DNA from: Candidatus Bathyarchaeota archaeon
Lineage (GTDB): Archaea; Thermoproteota; Bathyarchaeia; Bathyarchaeales; Bathycorpusculaceae
Direction: 5' to 3'
DNA: 64,000 bases
Assembly: GCA_963715865.1 (NCBI GenBank)
Contig: OY970280.1
Location: 1,888,001 to 1,952,000, forward strand
Shown: positions 27,963-37,485 of the stretch, piece by piece
How the letters are laid out: each line of letters opens with the position of its first letter
Position numbering within the stretch: position 1 is the first letter of the stretch
Translations under genes and position numbers: made by a program
The notes under the pieces: model-generated
Told to the model about the DNA's origin: nothing
Database searches by the model: none
Seen by the model: the letters and a program-made list of their open reading frames with translations, nothing else

Positions 27963-29406
27963 TCAGTACGCCCTTGCAAAATACACCATTTCTTTAGCTT
28001 TTTGCCCACAGTAAATGCAGTTTGTCGTTGGTTCTTCTTTTTGGAAGGGTCGAACTCTGATGGTTGCACCTGTTTCATCTTTAATTTTTGCTTCGCAGTC
28101 AGCGCTGCCGCACCATGCTGCCTTGACAAACCCGCCTTTGTCACATATGACTTTTTTGAATTCCTCATAGTTTTGTACAGTGCTGGTTTTTTCTTCCAGA
28201 AAGGCTTTGGCTTTAGCAAACATGCTATCCTGAATTTCTTGCAGAAGCTTCTCTACAGTGGCTGGAATGTCTATTTCTTTAACTGCGAGTTTTTTGGCAG
28301 GTGTCCCGTCTTACCATTACCACTTGCTGCTGTTTAAGGTCTCGCGGACCAATTTCTATTCTGATTGGAACGCCTTTGAGTTCCCACTGATTGAATTTCC
28401 AGCCCGGCGTGTACCCTTCCCGGTCATCTAACACAAAGCTTACACCTTTAGCCTTGAGCATTTCAGCGATTTCTTTAGCTTTAGCGGCTATTGCAGCGGG
28501 TTCTGCACCCTTGTAAGGAATAGGAACAATAACAACCTGTGTGGGTGCGACTTTGGGAGGTATGATTAAGCCTTTGTCGTCGCCGTGAACCATTACCATA
28601 GCGCCAATAAGTCGCGTGGTGATGCCCCAGCTGGTTTGCCAAACATAATGGTCCTTCTCGTCCTCACCGATGAATTTAACATCAAAGACTTTCCCGAAGT
28701 TCTGGCCAAGATTGTGGCTGGTTCCCATCTGCAACGCTTTGCCATCAGGCATCATCGCTTCTAATGCCGTAGTGTAGAGGGCTCCAGCAAATTTTTCGCT
28801 GTCACTTTTTGTGCCCACGAGCACTGGAATTGCAAGGTAATTCTCCATGATGTCCCTATACTCGTTTAGAGCATACATGACTTCTGCTTCTGCTTCCTCA
28901 CTTGTGGCGTGCGCAGTGTGGCCTTCTTGCCAAAGAAACTCTCTTGTTCGCAAAAAGAGTCTTGTGGCTTTTGTTTCCCACCGCACAATGTTGCACCACT
29001 GATTAATCTTGACGGGTAGGTCTCGCCAGCTGCGAATCCACTTGGCAAAGGTAGCGTATATTATGGTTTCGCTGGTTGGTCTAATGGCAAGCTTCTCCTC
29101 TAGCGAGGTGTCTCCGCCCTGCGTTATCCAAGCAACTTCTGGGGTGAATCCAGCGAAATGCTCCGCTTCTTTCTTTAGTAAGCCTTCAGGGATAAACATT
29201 GGAAAATACACGTTCCGATGCCCTGTGGCTTTGATTTTTTTGTTTAGGATTTCTTGGATTTTCTCCCATATCGCGTAAGCGTCTTCGCGGATTATCATGC
29301 AGCCTTTAACAGGCGCGTAATCTGCAAGTCCAGCTTTCAAAACGACTTCCACGTACCACTCGGAGAAGTCTTGGTTTTTCTTTACGGTTACTCCAGTGTC
29401 CGACAT
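27963..29406 (-). CDS. proS: Proline--tRNA ligase (archaeal/eukaryotic type), split by a +1 frameshift in an A6 run at 28290-28295
   Basis: DFSEWY, RPTSET, RTREFLWQEGHT, QMGTSH, QTSWGITTR; C-terminal CGSADCE...FARAY domain continues in the next frame. Confidence 0.95.
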
Positions 29407-29511
29407 AGCTTATTTCTCTTCTTTCCAGTTGTATGCTTGTAGCATATAAAACCGTAACGGGGCAATCGTTCAAAACAGCCGCCAATAAAGCAGGTAAAAG
29501 AAGAAAATGAC

Positions 29512-29670
29512 TCAATTCGATCTTCTGAAAAACTCCTTTTTAGGGAAGTCTTTGCATTCGTAGATTCGCAGTTGTCTTTGAGGCTCGATACGGCATCTCT
29601 TGCGAGCGTTCTTACGCCTTATCAGCGGGGCAAGTTGAAAGAAAGGGCATCTTGAACAAAGGGTACTCAA
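29512..29670 (-). CDS. Small basic Cys-rich protein (52 aa), not in the ORF track
   Basis: GGAGG SD 7 nt before TTG; MSTLCSRCPFFQLAPLIRRKNARKRCRIEPQRQLRIYECKDFPKKEFFRRSN. Confidence 0.6.
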   Translation of the reverse strand: MSTLCSRCPFFQLAPLIRRKNARKRCRIEPQRQLRIYECKDFPKKEFFRRSN

Positions 29671-29702
29671 GTTTTATCCTCCATCAATAATCATACAACA
29701 AG

Positions 29703-30338
29703 TTAATTGCTAATTGCAGGTGCCTGCCGCATATATTTTACATCTTCAATTTGATTGAGCATAAAGTCCGCGATGTCAGCGCGTGAAATCCCTGTGCCTA
29801 CCTCGCCTCTGCCTAGGTAACCAGCTCTAACTTTTCCGGATTTAGGCTTGTTGTTAAGCATGGTTAGACGCACTATTGTCCAGTCAAGGTCGGATGCACG
29901 CACTGCTTCGGCGACGCTTACTATCTCTTCGTACGTAGCGTTCATAGTGAGCTTAACAAGGCCGACTAAAACCCTTGCTTTGAACTCAGGCATATCGTTA
30001 GGGTCTTTAGCACTTAAGGTTGAAGTTATTATTAACCTGCGCACGCCCTGCTTTTTCATGGCTGCAATTATGTTTTGCATCCCTTCAGTGAGTGGTTTGT
30101 TTTTTGAGCCGCCCCGAGGTCCCAACACGCTAATGACTGCATCCGCACCACTAACGGCACGCTCAATCAAGGCAACGTCAGACAACTCACCTTGAACAAT
30201 CGACAGGTGTTCATGTACGATGCCAAGTTTTGAGGGATTGCGAACATATGCAACGACCTCGTTACCTGATGCAAGCGCCTGTTCCACAAGCTGCTTCCCT
30301 GTTCCACCGGTTGCTCCGAAAACAGTAATTCTTTTCAA
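29703..30338 (-). CDS. NAD(P)H-binding atypical SDR (flavin/biliverdin reductase-like)
   Basis: VFGATGGTG, DAVISVLG, DWTIVR, ISRADIA; start TTG 30338. Confidence 0.9.
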   Translation of the reverse strand: MKRITVFGATGGTGKQLVEQALASGNEVVAYVRNPSKLGIVHEHLSIVQGELSDVALIERAVSGADAVISVLGPRGGSKNKPLTEGMQNIIAAMKKQGVRRLIITSTLSAKDPNDMPEFKARVLVGLVKLTMNATYEEIVSVAEAVRASDLDWTIVRLTMLNNKPKSGKVRAGYLGRGEVGTGISRADIADFMLNQIEDVKYMRQAPAISN

Positions 30339-30386
30339 ACCACTTCCTCCAAGCAAGATGGTCTTAACCGAGTCTTCTCTGCATTA

Positions 30387-31571
30387 TCACCTTGTCATCA
30401 TCCGTCTAAACACTGGCACTGCAATGGCTATCATGACGACTCCGAACACTATCAGCACGATGAGGTCGGTAGATATTTGCGGGATTCCAGCGCCCAACAC
30501 CATGACTTTTCTAAGTGCGTCTGAAGCGTAGGTTAGTGGCAGGATCTTTGAGATGTCTTGCATGTACCAGGGCATCTGCTGGATGGGGAAGAAGACGCCA
30601 CTGAGGAACATCATTGGAAACATCAGTGTCATCATGAGCATTTGAGCGGTCTCTTGGTCTTTTGTAAAGGAAGTTATCACTATACCTAGACCGACGAAAG
30701 AGAATACGCCTAGCAGGAGCAGCGCGAATACGAGGAGGATGCTTCCTTGGATTGCTACTCCAAACAAGCCCACGGCTAATATGAGTATAATTATTCCTTG
30801 AATAAGTCCCCTTGCAGTTTGCCCTAAAGTCTTGCCTAGGATTATGGAGAGCCTGTTGATTGGCGCCACCATCATGCCGTCCATTGTGCCAATCTCTTTC
30901 TCTTGGGAAATAGCGACTGGCAGCCCCGTCATGACACTCATCATAACCGTCATAGCCATTATCCCTGGAGCAATGAAGTCAAAGTAGGTGGGGTTGCCTG
31001 AGACGATGCCTTGGGTTTGCACGTTAAAGGGTTTAACGACTGCTAAGGTGTTTGTTACATTGAGCGCTTGGACCTTTTGTTGCGCTATAGCGGTTCCCAT
31101 TTCATCAAACACAGTTTTCAAAACGCCTTGAATGGTGGCGGATATTTGTGGGTTAGACTCATCGCTAACAATAATGAGGGTGCCTTGCTGTCCAGTCATG
31201 ATGCTTGTAGAAAAGTTACTGGGAATGATGATGCCGCCTTCAAGGTCTCCCTTCTGAACCATATCTCGTATATCCGCTACGCTTGACACGTTAGAGATAA
31301 TCAGCATGTGGGTTTGGTTGTTAATCTGTTGCAGACCCATGATGAAGCTTTGGCTTGGAAGAGTGATGTTGTTAAAACCTGAATCCTCATTGACCAGCCC
31401 AACTTGCAGGTTATTCACCGTGCCGTTGGATGGATAGATGAATCCAACCATGACCATCATAAACAGAGGCATCAGTATAAGCAGAACTAGCCCCAGTCGG
31501 TTTCTGAACAATTCAGTCAGGTCTTTCCAAGCAATTCTGAAAGAGTGTGAAAGAAGAGTTTTTGCGCCCAT
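30387..31571 (-). CDS. ABC-2 type exporter permease
   Basis: N-terminal TM, extracellular loop, FIAPG, EKEIGT, FLSGVFFP, LPLTY. Confidence 0.92.
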   Translation of the reverse strand: MGAKTLLSHSFRIAWKDLTELFRNRLGLVLLILMPLFMMVMVGFIYPSNGTVNNLQVGLVNEDSGFNNITLPSQSFIMGLQQINNQTHMLIISNVSSVADIRDMVQKGDLEGGIIIPSNFSTSIMTGQQGTLIIVSDESNPQISATIQGVLKTVFDEMGTAIAQQKVQALNVTNTLAVVKPFNVQTQGIVSGNPTYFDFIAPGIMAMTVMMSVMTGLPVAISQEKEIGTMDGMMVAPINRLSIILGKTLGQTARGLIQGIIILILAVGLFGVAIQGSILLVFALLLLGVFSFVGLGIVITSFTKDQETAQMLMMTLMFPMMFLSGVFFPIQQMPWYMQDISKILPLTYASDALRKVMVLGAGIPQISTDLIVLIVFGVVMIAIAVPVFRRMMTR

Positions 31572-31576
31572 TCTTC

Positions 31577-32593
31577 TCACCTAACTCTCCTTGGCGCTTC
31601 CCCGAAATGCCTATGTGCCATAGGGATTTTCTGGTCTGCGCTATCTCTTACTTGATGACCCGTAATGTGAAGGAACACGTCTTCAAGGGTTGGTTGTAGG
31701 TTTTCCATGGAGCTTATTTTTCCGCCGTTTGCTCGTATGGCATCTATGATGTTATCAAACGCTTCGTCGCCGTGAACCAAAATCTTAAGTTCAGTTGAGT
31801 TCTCTTGGGTTACGGCATCTGCGCATTTAAGCGCCTGAAGATTTTCTATGAGAACTGAAGAAAGGTTAGGTATGCTAAGTTTTATTATGGTTGTGTCTGC
31901 TCCTGAAATTATTTTTTTCAAGTTGGCTGAGGTGTCCAACGCCTCGATTTTTCCATGATCTATGATTGCAATGCGGTCACACAGTAAGTCAGCGTCAACC
32001 ATCATGTGGGTGGTTATAACGACGGTTGCGCCGTTTTCCCGGTTTAGTTTCTTTATGAATTCTCTGATTTCAACTGAGGACTGGGGGTCTAAACCTAACG
32101 TGGGCTCATCCAAAAACAGCACCTGAGGCATGTTAAGTAACGCTCGGACCACATTCATTCTCTGGCGCATTCCAGTTGAAAACGTGCCCACTTGGGCGTT
32201 CTTCCACTGAGTCAGCTGCACCAGTTCCAGCAGTTCATCGATGCGTTTGGTTAAGACGTCTTTGGGGATGTTGAAGAGGCTGCCGAAAAACCAGAGGTTC
32301 TCTTTGGCGGTTAGGCGGTTGTACATTATCATTTTCTCGGAGACGATGCCGATAAGTGTGCGCACTTCAGTGTCGTCTTTGACAATGTCATAGCCGCCTA
32401 TTGTGGCGGTTCCCTTGGTGGGTCGGGCTAACGTGGAGAGCATGCGCAGGATTGTGCTTTTGCCAGCTCCGTTGGGACCGAGCAAGCCGAAGATTTCGCC
32501 TTTTTTGACGTCGAATGAGATGTCGTCTACGGCTGTGAATTTGTTGAACATTTTTGTGAGGTTCTTGACTTCGATTATCGACGCATTCGCCAT
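31577..32593 (-). CDS. ABC exporter ATP-binding subunit (DrrA-like)
   Basis: GPNGAGKS, FSTGM, LFLDEPT, TTHMM, PTLEDVF. Confidence 0.93.
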   Translation of the reverse strand: MANASIIEVKNLTKMFNKFTAVDDISFDVKKGEIFGLLGPNGAGKSTILRMLSTLARPTKGTATIGGYDIVKDDTEVRTLIGIVSEKMIMYNRLTAKENLWFFGSLFNIPKDVLTKRIDELLELVQLTQWKNAQVGTFSTGMRQRMNVVRALLNMPQVLFLDEPTLGLDPQSSVEIREFIKKLNRENGATVVITTHMMVDADLLCDRIAIIDHGKIEALDTSANLKKIISGADTTIIKLSIPNLSSVLIENLQALKCADAVTQENSTELKILVHGDEAFDNIIDAIRANGGKISSMENLQPTLEDVFLHITGHQVRDSADQKIPMAHRHFGEAPRRVR

Positions 32594-32611
32594 TTCGGTA
32601 ACCACATTAAC

Positions 32612-32638
32612 GCAATATTATTCAGAGCAATATATTGC
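32612..32638. promoter_or_regulatory. Candidate operator in the divergent padR/ABC promoter
   Basis: Perfect palindrome GCAATATATTGC (32627-32638) plus half-site GCAATATT (32612-32619). Confidence 0.45.
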
Positions 32639-32684
32639 GGTAAAATATAAGTATTACTGCAGACAACTATAGATTCGAAGCACT

Positions 32685-33278
32685 ATGGCAACAGAAACTG
32701 AAGAGAAGACAACCGCAAACTGGCTCAAAGAAGCCCAAAAAGGCTACATACGCATTGGAGTCCTCATCCTTCTCAACAAGAAACCCTCCCACGGCTACGA
32801 AATCATGAAAGAAATCAACAAGCGAACCAAAGGCTTCTGGAAACCCACCGCAGGCGGCGTCTACCCCATTCTACGCGACTTGGAAAAATCAGGATACATC
32901 AAAGGCGAATGGCAAATCCAGAAAAACCGCAAGCTCAAAGTTTACAAAATCACCGAATCAGGAGAACTCATCCTCAGACGAGCCATCGTAAAACAAGCCG
33001 AAATCTCCGATAACATCGGCAACCTTTTCCGAGAATTCGCCAAAGACGTCCTCAACATCGAGACGACAACATCGTCCATGCCGAACATGCCTTCCCTCTT
33101 TACACCGTTCCTTGAAGAGAAACCAGACAGCGAAGAAAACCTCACACACCTGAAGCATGAGCGAAAACACATCTACGAAACGGTAAAAATGATGCAGGAA
33201 CGACTAAAACTCATCGACGAGAGAATCGCAGAAATAAAAAAAGAAGCCAAAAGCGATTCTTCCAGAGCCCCAGAGTAG
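32685..33278 (+). CDS. PadR family transcriptional regulator
   Basis: HGYEIMKEI, GGVYPILRDLEKSGYI, KVYKITESG wHTH; C-terminal coiled coil. Confidence 0.9.
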   Translation: MATETEEKTTANWLKEAQKGYIRIGVLILLNKKPSHGYEIMKEINKRTKGFWKPTAGGVYPILRDLEKSGYIKGEWQIQKNRKLKVYKITESGELILRRAIVKQAEISDNIGNLFREFAKDVLNIETTTSSMPNMPSLFTPFLEEKPDSEENLTHLKHERKHIYETVKMMQERLKLIDERIAEIKKEAKSDSSRAPE

Positions 33279-33340
33279 CGAACATGCGAAACTGTTATTT
33301 TGGCAACCGCTTCTAATACTCTTTCAAGGAAGCCGACCCC

Positions 33341-33778
33341 ATGGCAAGTGAACGTTATGCTTACATCTTAACGGTTGACGAGAAATATTGGAACCGATTG
33401 CGCCAACGCAACAAAACCACTCTTGGAACACACGTTTTTATCCGAAAAAACCAAGTTGCACCCAAACAGGTTCAGCAGTTACTATTTTATGTTACTAGAA
33501 AACGGCAAGTTTTAGGTGCTGCAGATTTCGTTGAGCGCTTAACTGGCAATTACGAAGAGTTATGGGAAAAGTTTGGCAGCGAAAGCTGTTTTGAATCATT
33601 CGATGAATACAAAAAGTTCGCTGGTGGTAGAGAAATGATGACTTTCATAAGGTTCAGCAATTTTAATGAAATCGCTAATCCTAAGCCTAAAGAAGAACTT
33701 TCCAAGGTTCTTGGGTCTTTGCATCGCTTCGGAATAGGAAAATACCTTGATAAGGAAACTGCCATGCAATTGGTGTAA
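33341..33778 (+). CDS. EVE/ASCH (PUA-like) domain protein
   Basis: LLFYVT..RQVLGAADFVE...LWEKFG...FESFDEY pattern typical of PUA-like folds. Confidence 0.55.
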   Translation: MASERYAYILTVDEKYWNRLRQRNKTTLGTHVFIRKNQVAPKQVQQLLFYVTRKRQVLGAADFVERLTGNYEELWEKFGSESCFESFDEYKKFAGGREMMTFIRFSNFNEIANPKPKEELSKVLGSLHRFGIGKYLDKETAMQLV

Positions 33779-33826
33779 AGAATTAAATCTGTGACCTCAA
33801 TATCTCCTTAAGGTAGTGAGTCCTGA

Positions 33827-34150
33827 ATGTTCCGCGTGAGAGTAAACAAAATCGAGTCAACCCGTGATTTAGACGGCAACCTTGGAAAAAGAATTGAATT
33901 GCTTGAAGAGCGAGAAGTCAACCCCTATGTGCTAAGACCACAATCGGATGAAGCCAAAATGGCACAGGATATCATGCAAGCACTCCAACAGCAAATGCCT
34001 TTCCTGCCCCAGAGAACTCAGCTTGCCACGCCAAAAATAATCCTTTTCTTAACGGAGCAGGAATACGACAGTTTAGGCATAAGCTTTGATGTTAACCAAG
34101 TTTACGAAGTAATGCTGGAAAACCAAGCAATACGTTTCACGAAAGTTTAA
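33827..34150 (+). CDS. Arcadin-1-like protein
   Basis: FRVRV..IE...GNLGKRIEL and PKIILFLTEQEY..LG..F.VNQVYE pattern, recalled as arcadin-1; not verified by HMM. Confidence 0.55.
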   Translation: MFRVRVNKIESTRDLDGNLGKRIELLEEREVNPYVLRPQSDEAKMAQDIMQALQQQMPFLPQRTQLATPKIILFLTEQEYDSLGISFDVNQVYEVMLENQAIRFTKV

Positions 34151-34475
34151 GGATTTCCTTTCTCATCTGCCTCAGAGCAGTATGCTTAGGATGAAAAGAC
34201 AAAACAAACATCATACTCCTCAACGCTGAACATATCTCCTCTAAACCAGACATTTTGCCTTCATCACAGTAAAGCGGAATAGGCTCATCGCCATCGCTTT
34301 CCTCATAGTAAACGTAAATCGGCGAACCCGCCCCATCGAACCTTACCATCTCAAAATTTAAATTCAAACGCTTAGCCGTTTCCCGCGTGGCAGTCCTAAC
34401 CGATTCCAACCGTTTCCTACATGGAACACCAGTTGACGCGTAAACCATCAGTTTCCCACAGTTCCCCTTGAACAT
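34137..34475 (-). CDS. Hypothetical protein
   Basis: ORF 34137..34502; ATG 34475 has a GGTG SD. Confidence 0.6.
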   Translation of the reverse strand: MFKGNCGKLMVYASTGVPCRKRLESVRTATRETAKRLNLNFEMVRFDGAGSPIYVYYEESDGDEPIPLYCDEGKMSGLEEICSALRSMMFVLSFHPKHTALRQMRKEILKLS

Positions 34476-34600
34476 GGCACACCACAAACACTCAGTCTGC
34501 AAAAAATGCTTTTAAAACAAGTCATGAAACGACTCTTTCAAGCAGTAGAGAGGTGAGTGAAAGTGAAAACCTCTTAAACCGCCAAAAGAAGATTTAACCC

Positions 34601-34870
34601 ATGAAAACCAGAGTACACGTCTTTGTAAGTGGCAGAGTTCAAGGCGTTTTCTTTAGGCAAAAAACCAAGCAGCAAGCGGAAAGTTTTGGTGTTACAGGTT
34701 GGGTACGTAATTTGCCTGATGGTAGAGTGGAAGCAGTTTTTGAAGGTGAAGAAGAAGCTGTTAAAGCACTCGTGGAATACTGCCATCATGGTCCTTCGTA
34801 TGCAAGAGTAACAAACATTGATGCATCATGGGAAGATTATCGAGGAGAATTTAGCGACTTCAAAATGTGA
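34601..34870 (+). CDS. acyP: Acylphosphatase
   Basis: VSGRVQGVFFR, GWVRNLPDGRVEAVFEG, HGP. Confidence 0.95.
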   Translation: MKTRVHVFVSGRVQGVFFRQKTKQQAESFGVTGWVRNLPDGRVEAVFEGEEEAVKALVEYCHHGPSYARVTNIDASWEDYRGEFSDFKM

Positions 34871-34879
34871 TAGGCAAAG

Positions 34880-35278
34880 TTACGCTTTTTTATTGGGGAC
34901 TCTAAAATGTGAATCTTTTCCAGCGCTAATGTATTCGCCGCCCATGCCTCGCACTGCTGAAGCAATCTTTGCAAAGTTTTCTGAACCTAAAAACTGCTTT
35001 GGTTTAATTATTATGTATTCGCCTTTCTCCTCAAAGGTTAATCGAGCTTCCAGTTCCTCTGGGAATGACACGCGAATGTCATCAAGCGACCTCTGTTTTG
35101 TACTAACGTCACGTGTTGCTGGCGCTTGAGCAGTTGCAGGCTGAGTAATTTGACCCACTGCAAGTGACTTCATTGATGCTGAAACGGAACGCAAATCTTC
35201 TGAAATTTTGCTTAAAACAGTAAGTATTTCATCAACTTTTCCGACTAGCTCATTCAGTTTTTCTTTGTCAGTGCTCAT
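34880..35278 (-). CDS. Hypothetical protein: N-terminal coiled coil plus compact C-terminal domain
   Basis: 132 aa; heptad N-terminus; KPKQFLGSENFAKIA...GGEYISAGKDSHFRVP. Confidence 0.7.
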   Translation of the reverse strand: MSTDKEKLNELVGKVDEILTVLSKISEDLRSVSASMKSLAVGQITQPATAQAPATRDVSTKQRSLDDIRVSFPEELEARLTFEEKGEYIIIKPKQFLGSENFAKIASAVRGMGGEYISAGKDSHFRVPNKKA

Positions 35279-35372
35279 GCAAACGCTCCCTTCAAACTCC
35301 TAATTAATCCCAAGACGCTTATTAATTATTTGCAAACCTCCACACTAACTAAAATCTGGAAGAAAAAAAGGC

Positions 35373-36410
35373 ATGATTGAAATCGACGGAAGCCAAAAAA
35401 GCGGAAGCGGCACAATACTTCGCCTCTCCGTAGCCTTGGCAGCCATCGCAAAACAGCCACTACATATCTATAACATAAGACAAAACCGCCCTCAACCAGG
35501 CTTAAAACATCAACATTTGGAAGCAGTGCTGACAGCAGCCAAACTCTGCAACGCCAAAGTGCGAGGAGCAACCTTAGGTTCACGGGAGCTTTGGTTCACG
35601 CCCCAGCAAATAAAAGGCGGTAGCATTGAAGCAGAAATCGAAACCGCAGGAAGCATCCCAATGCTGCTACTGGCGACACTGCCAATCTGTTTGTTCGCTA
35701 ATAACCCTGTGCACTTACATGTGGCAAAAGGCGGAACAGACACAACTCATGCACCCACCATCAATTACATGCGAAATGTGTTCCTGCCAGCGTTGAAGCA
35801 AATGGGAATTGACGCTGCCGTAACTGTTCAAAAATACGGTTATTACCCAAAAGGAATGGGAGAAGCAACAATGACCGCCAGACCTAACCCAACGCTAAAA
35901 CCGATTCAGCTGGAGAATTTTGGCAAGTTAAAAAGCATAAAGGGCGTTTCAGTCTGCACCTTCTTAGCCCATAAGCAAGTGGCAGAGCGGCAAGCAAAAG
36001 CAGCAGAAGACCACCTCTCACAAAAAGGCTATAAAGCCACTATCCAGATTGTAAACGACCAATCCAATCCTTTCCAAAAAGGAAGCTCAATTGTTTTGTG
36101 GGCTGAAACCGACACAGGCGTAATCATTGGTTCTGACGCGATAGGTGAACTCGGTAAAACCAGTGAAGCCGTTGGAAAAGAAGCCGCAGAAAAGCTCATC
36201 ACCGAGTTATCTGCTGAGCCAACGGTTGATGTTTACTTGGCAGATATGCTCATTCCCTACATGACGCTGGCACAGGGCAAATCAGTCTTTCTGGCGAGAG
36301 CAATTTCTGAGCATATTGAATCTAACATTTGGCTGATGGAAAAAATGTTAAACGTTAAATTCACCATTCAAAAAGTAAACAACCTCTATAGGATAGAAAG
36401 AAGCAGCTGA
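35373..36410 (+). CDS. rtcA: RNA 3'-terminal phosphate cyclase
   Basis: MIEIDGS, ILRLSVAL, RPQPGLKHQHL, GGTDT, YGYYPKGMGE, DMLIPY. Confidence 0.93.
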   Translation: MIEIDGSQKSGSGTILRLSVALAAIAKQPLHIYNIRQNRPQPGLKHQHLEAVLTAAKLCNAKVRGATLGSRELWFTPQQIKGGSIEAEIETAGSIPMLLLATLPICLFANNPVHLHVAKGGTDTTHAPTINYMRNVFLPALKQMGIDAAVTVQKYGYYPKGMGEATMTARPNPTLKPIQLENFGKLKSIKGVSVCTFLAHKQVAERQAKAAEDHLSQKGYKATIQIVNDQSNPFQKGSSIVLWAETDTGVIIGSDAIGELGKTSEAVGKEAAEKLITELSAEPTVDVYLADMLIPYMTLAQGKSVFLARAISEHIESNIWLMEKMLNVKFTIQKVNNLYRIERSS

Positions 36411-36414
36411 TTGC

Positions 36415-37485
36415 ATGCCTAAATCAACCATTTGCATAAAAGTTCCAAAAAAACAAGGCCAGAGAACAATAGCATTAGCCAACAAACTTGAACTTATCGA
36501 TAAATCATTGGGAATTCAACGGGATGAAGGCACCCTTTGCATCCCCTTAATTAGGCATCCAGAAGAAACTGAGTTGGCAACGCTAAAAAACCAAGTGCCA
36601 AATTATCAATTAACAACTAGCGTTTTCACTGAAAAAAAGCCTCCAGCAGAAACTCTCATTCAAGCGCTCGAAAAAACCTTACCTTCGCATTTGCTGGCCA
36701 CTTTGCCTCAGGCACTAGACATAATCGGAGACATAGCTATAATTGAAGTTCCACCAGAACTCAAAACGTACGAAAACCTCATCGGCGAAGCAATCCTGAA
36801 AACACACAGAAACATTCGAACTGTGCTCGCAAAAGCAGGCGCAATAAGCGGAACCTACCGACTCCGCGAGTTCACTTTTATCGCTGGAGAACACAAAACC
36901 CAAACAGTCCACAGAGAATTTGGATGCCAATATCACGTTGACATTGCCAAAGCGTATTTTTCTCCTCGGCTTTCACATGAGCACCAGCGCGTTGCATCAC
37001 TCGTGCAAACTGGCGAAACCGTGGTAGACTTATTCGCTGGAGTTGGACCCTTCTCAGTGCTAATCGCCAAAAAAAACCTAAAAGTGAAGGTTTATGCTGT
37101 TGATATCAATCCTGAAGCCGTTGAGTTGCTTAAAGTTAACGTAAGGGTTAACAGGGTTGAAAACCGAGTTTTCCCCATCCTCGGAGATGCAAAGCAAATT
37201 ACCTCAAACAAGCTTAAGGGCTTGGCAGACCGTGTAATAATGAATTTGCCTGAAACAGCAATCGAGTTTGCGGATGCCGCTTGCCAAGCAATCAAGCCTC
37301 AAGGTGGAATAATCCATTTTTACGCTTTCGTTCGTTCACCTGACTCAATAGAAAACCTAAAACTTCGTTTTTCTGAAGCTGCAAGGAAAGCCGGCAGAAA
37401 AGTGGAATCGTTTCTTTACGCAAAAAGCATCCGTGAAACTGCTCCATACGAGTCGCAGATTGTTTTAGATGCTAAAGTTGCTTAG
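36415..37485 (+). CDS. trm5: tRNA (guanine-37-N1) methyltransferase, Trm5/Taw2 family
   Basis: DIIGDIA, YFSPRL..E..RV, VDLFAGVGPF, DINP, DRVIMNLP. Confidence 0.9.
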   Translation: MPKSTICIKVPKKQGQRTIALANKLELIDKSLGIQRDEGTLCIPLIRHPEETELATLKNQVPNYQLTTSVFTEKKPPAETLIQALEKTLPSHLLATLPQALDIIGDIAIIEVPPELKTYENLIGEAILKTHRNIRTVLAKAGAISGTYRLREFTFIAGEHKTQTVHREFGCQYHVDIAKAYFSPRLSHEHQRVASLVQTGETVVDLFAGVGPFSVLIAKKNLKVKVYAVDINPEAVELLKVNVRVNRVENRVFPILGDAKQITSNKLKGLADRVIMNLPETAIEFADAACQAIKPQGGIIHFYAFVRSPDSIENLKLRFSEAARKAGRKVESFLYAKSIRETAPYESQIVLDAKVA

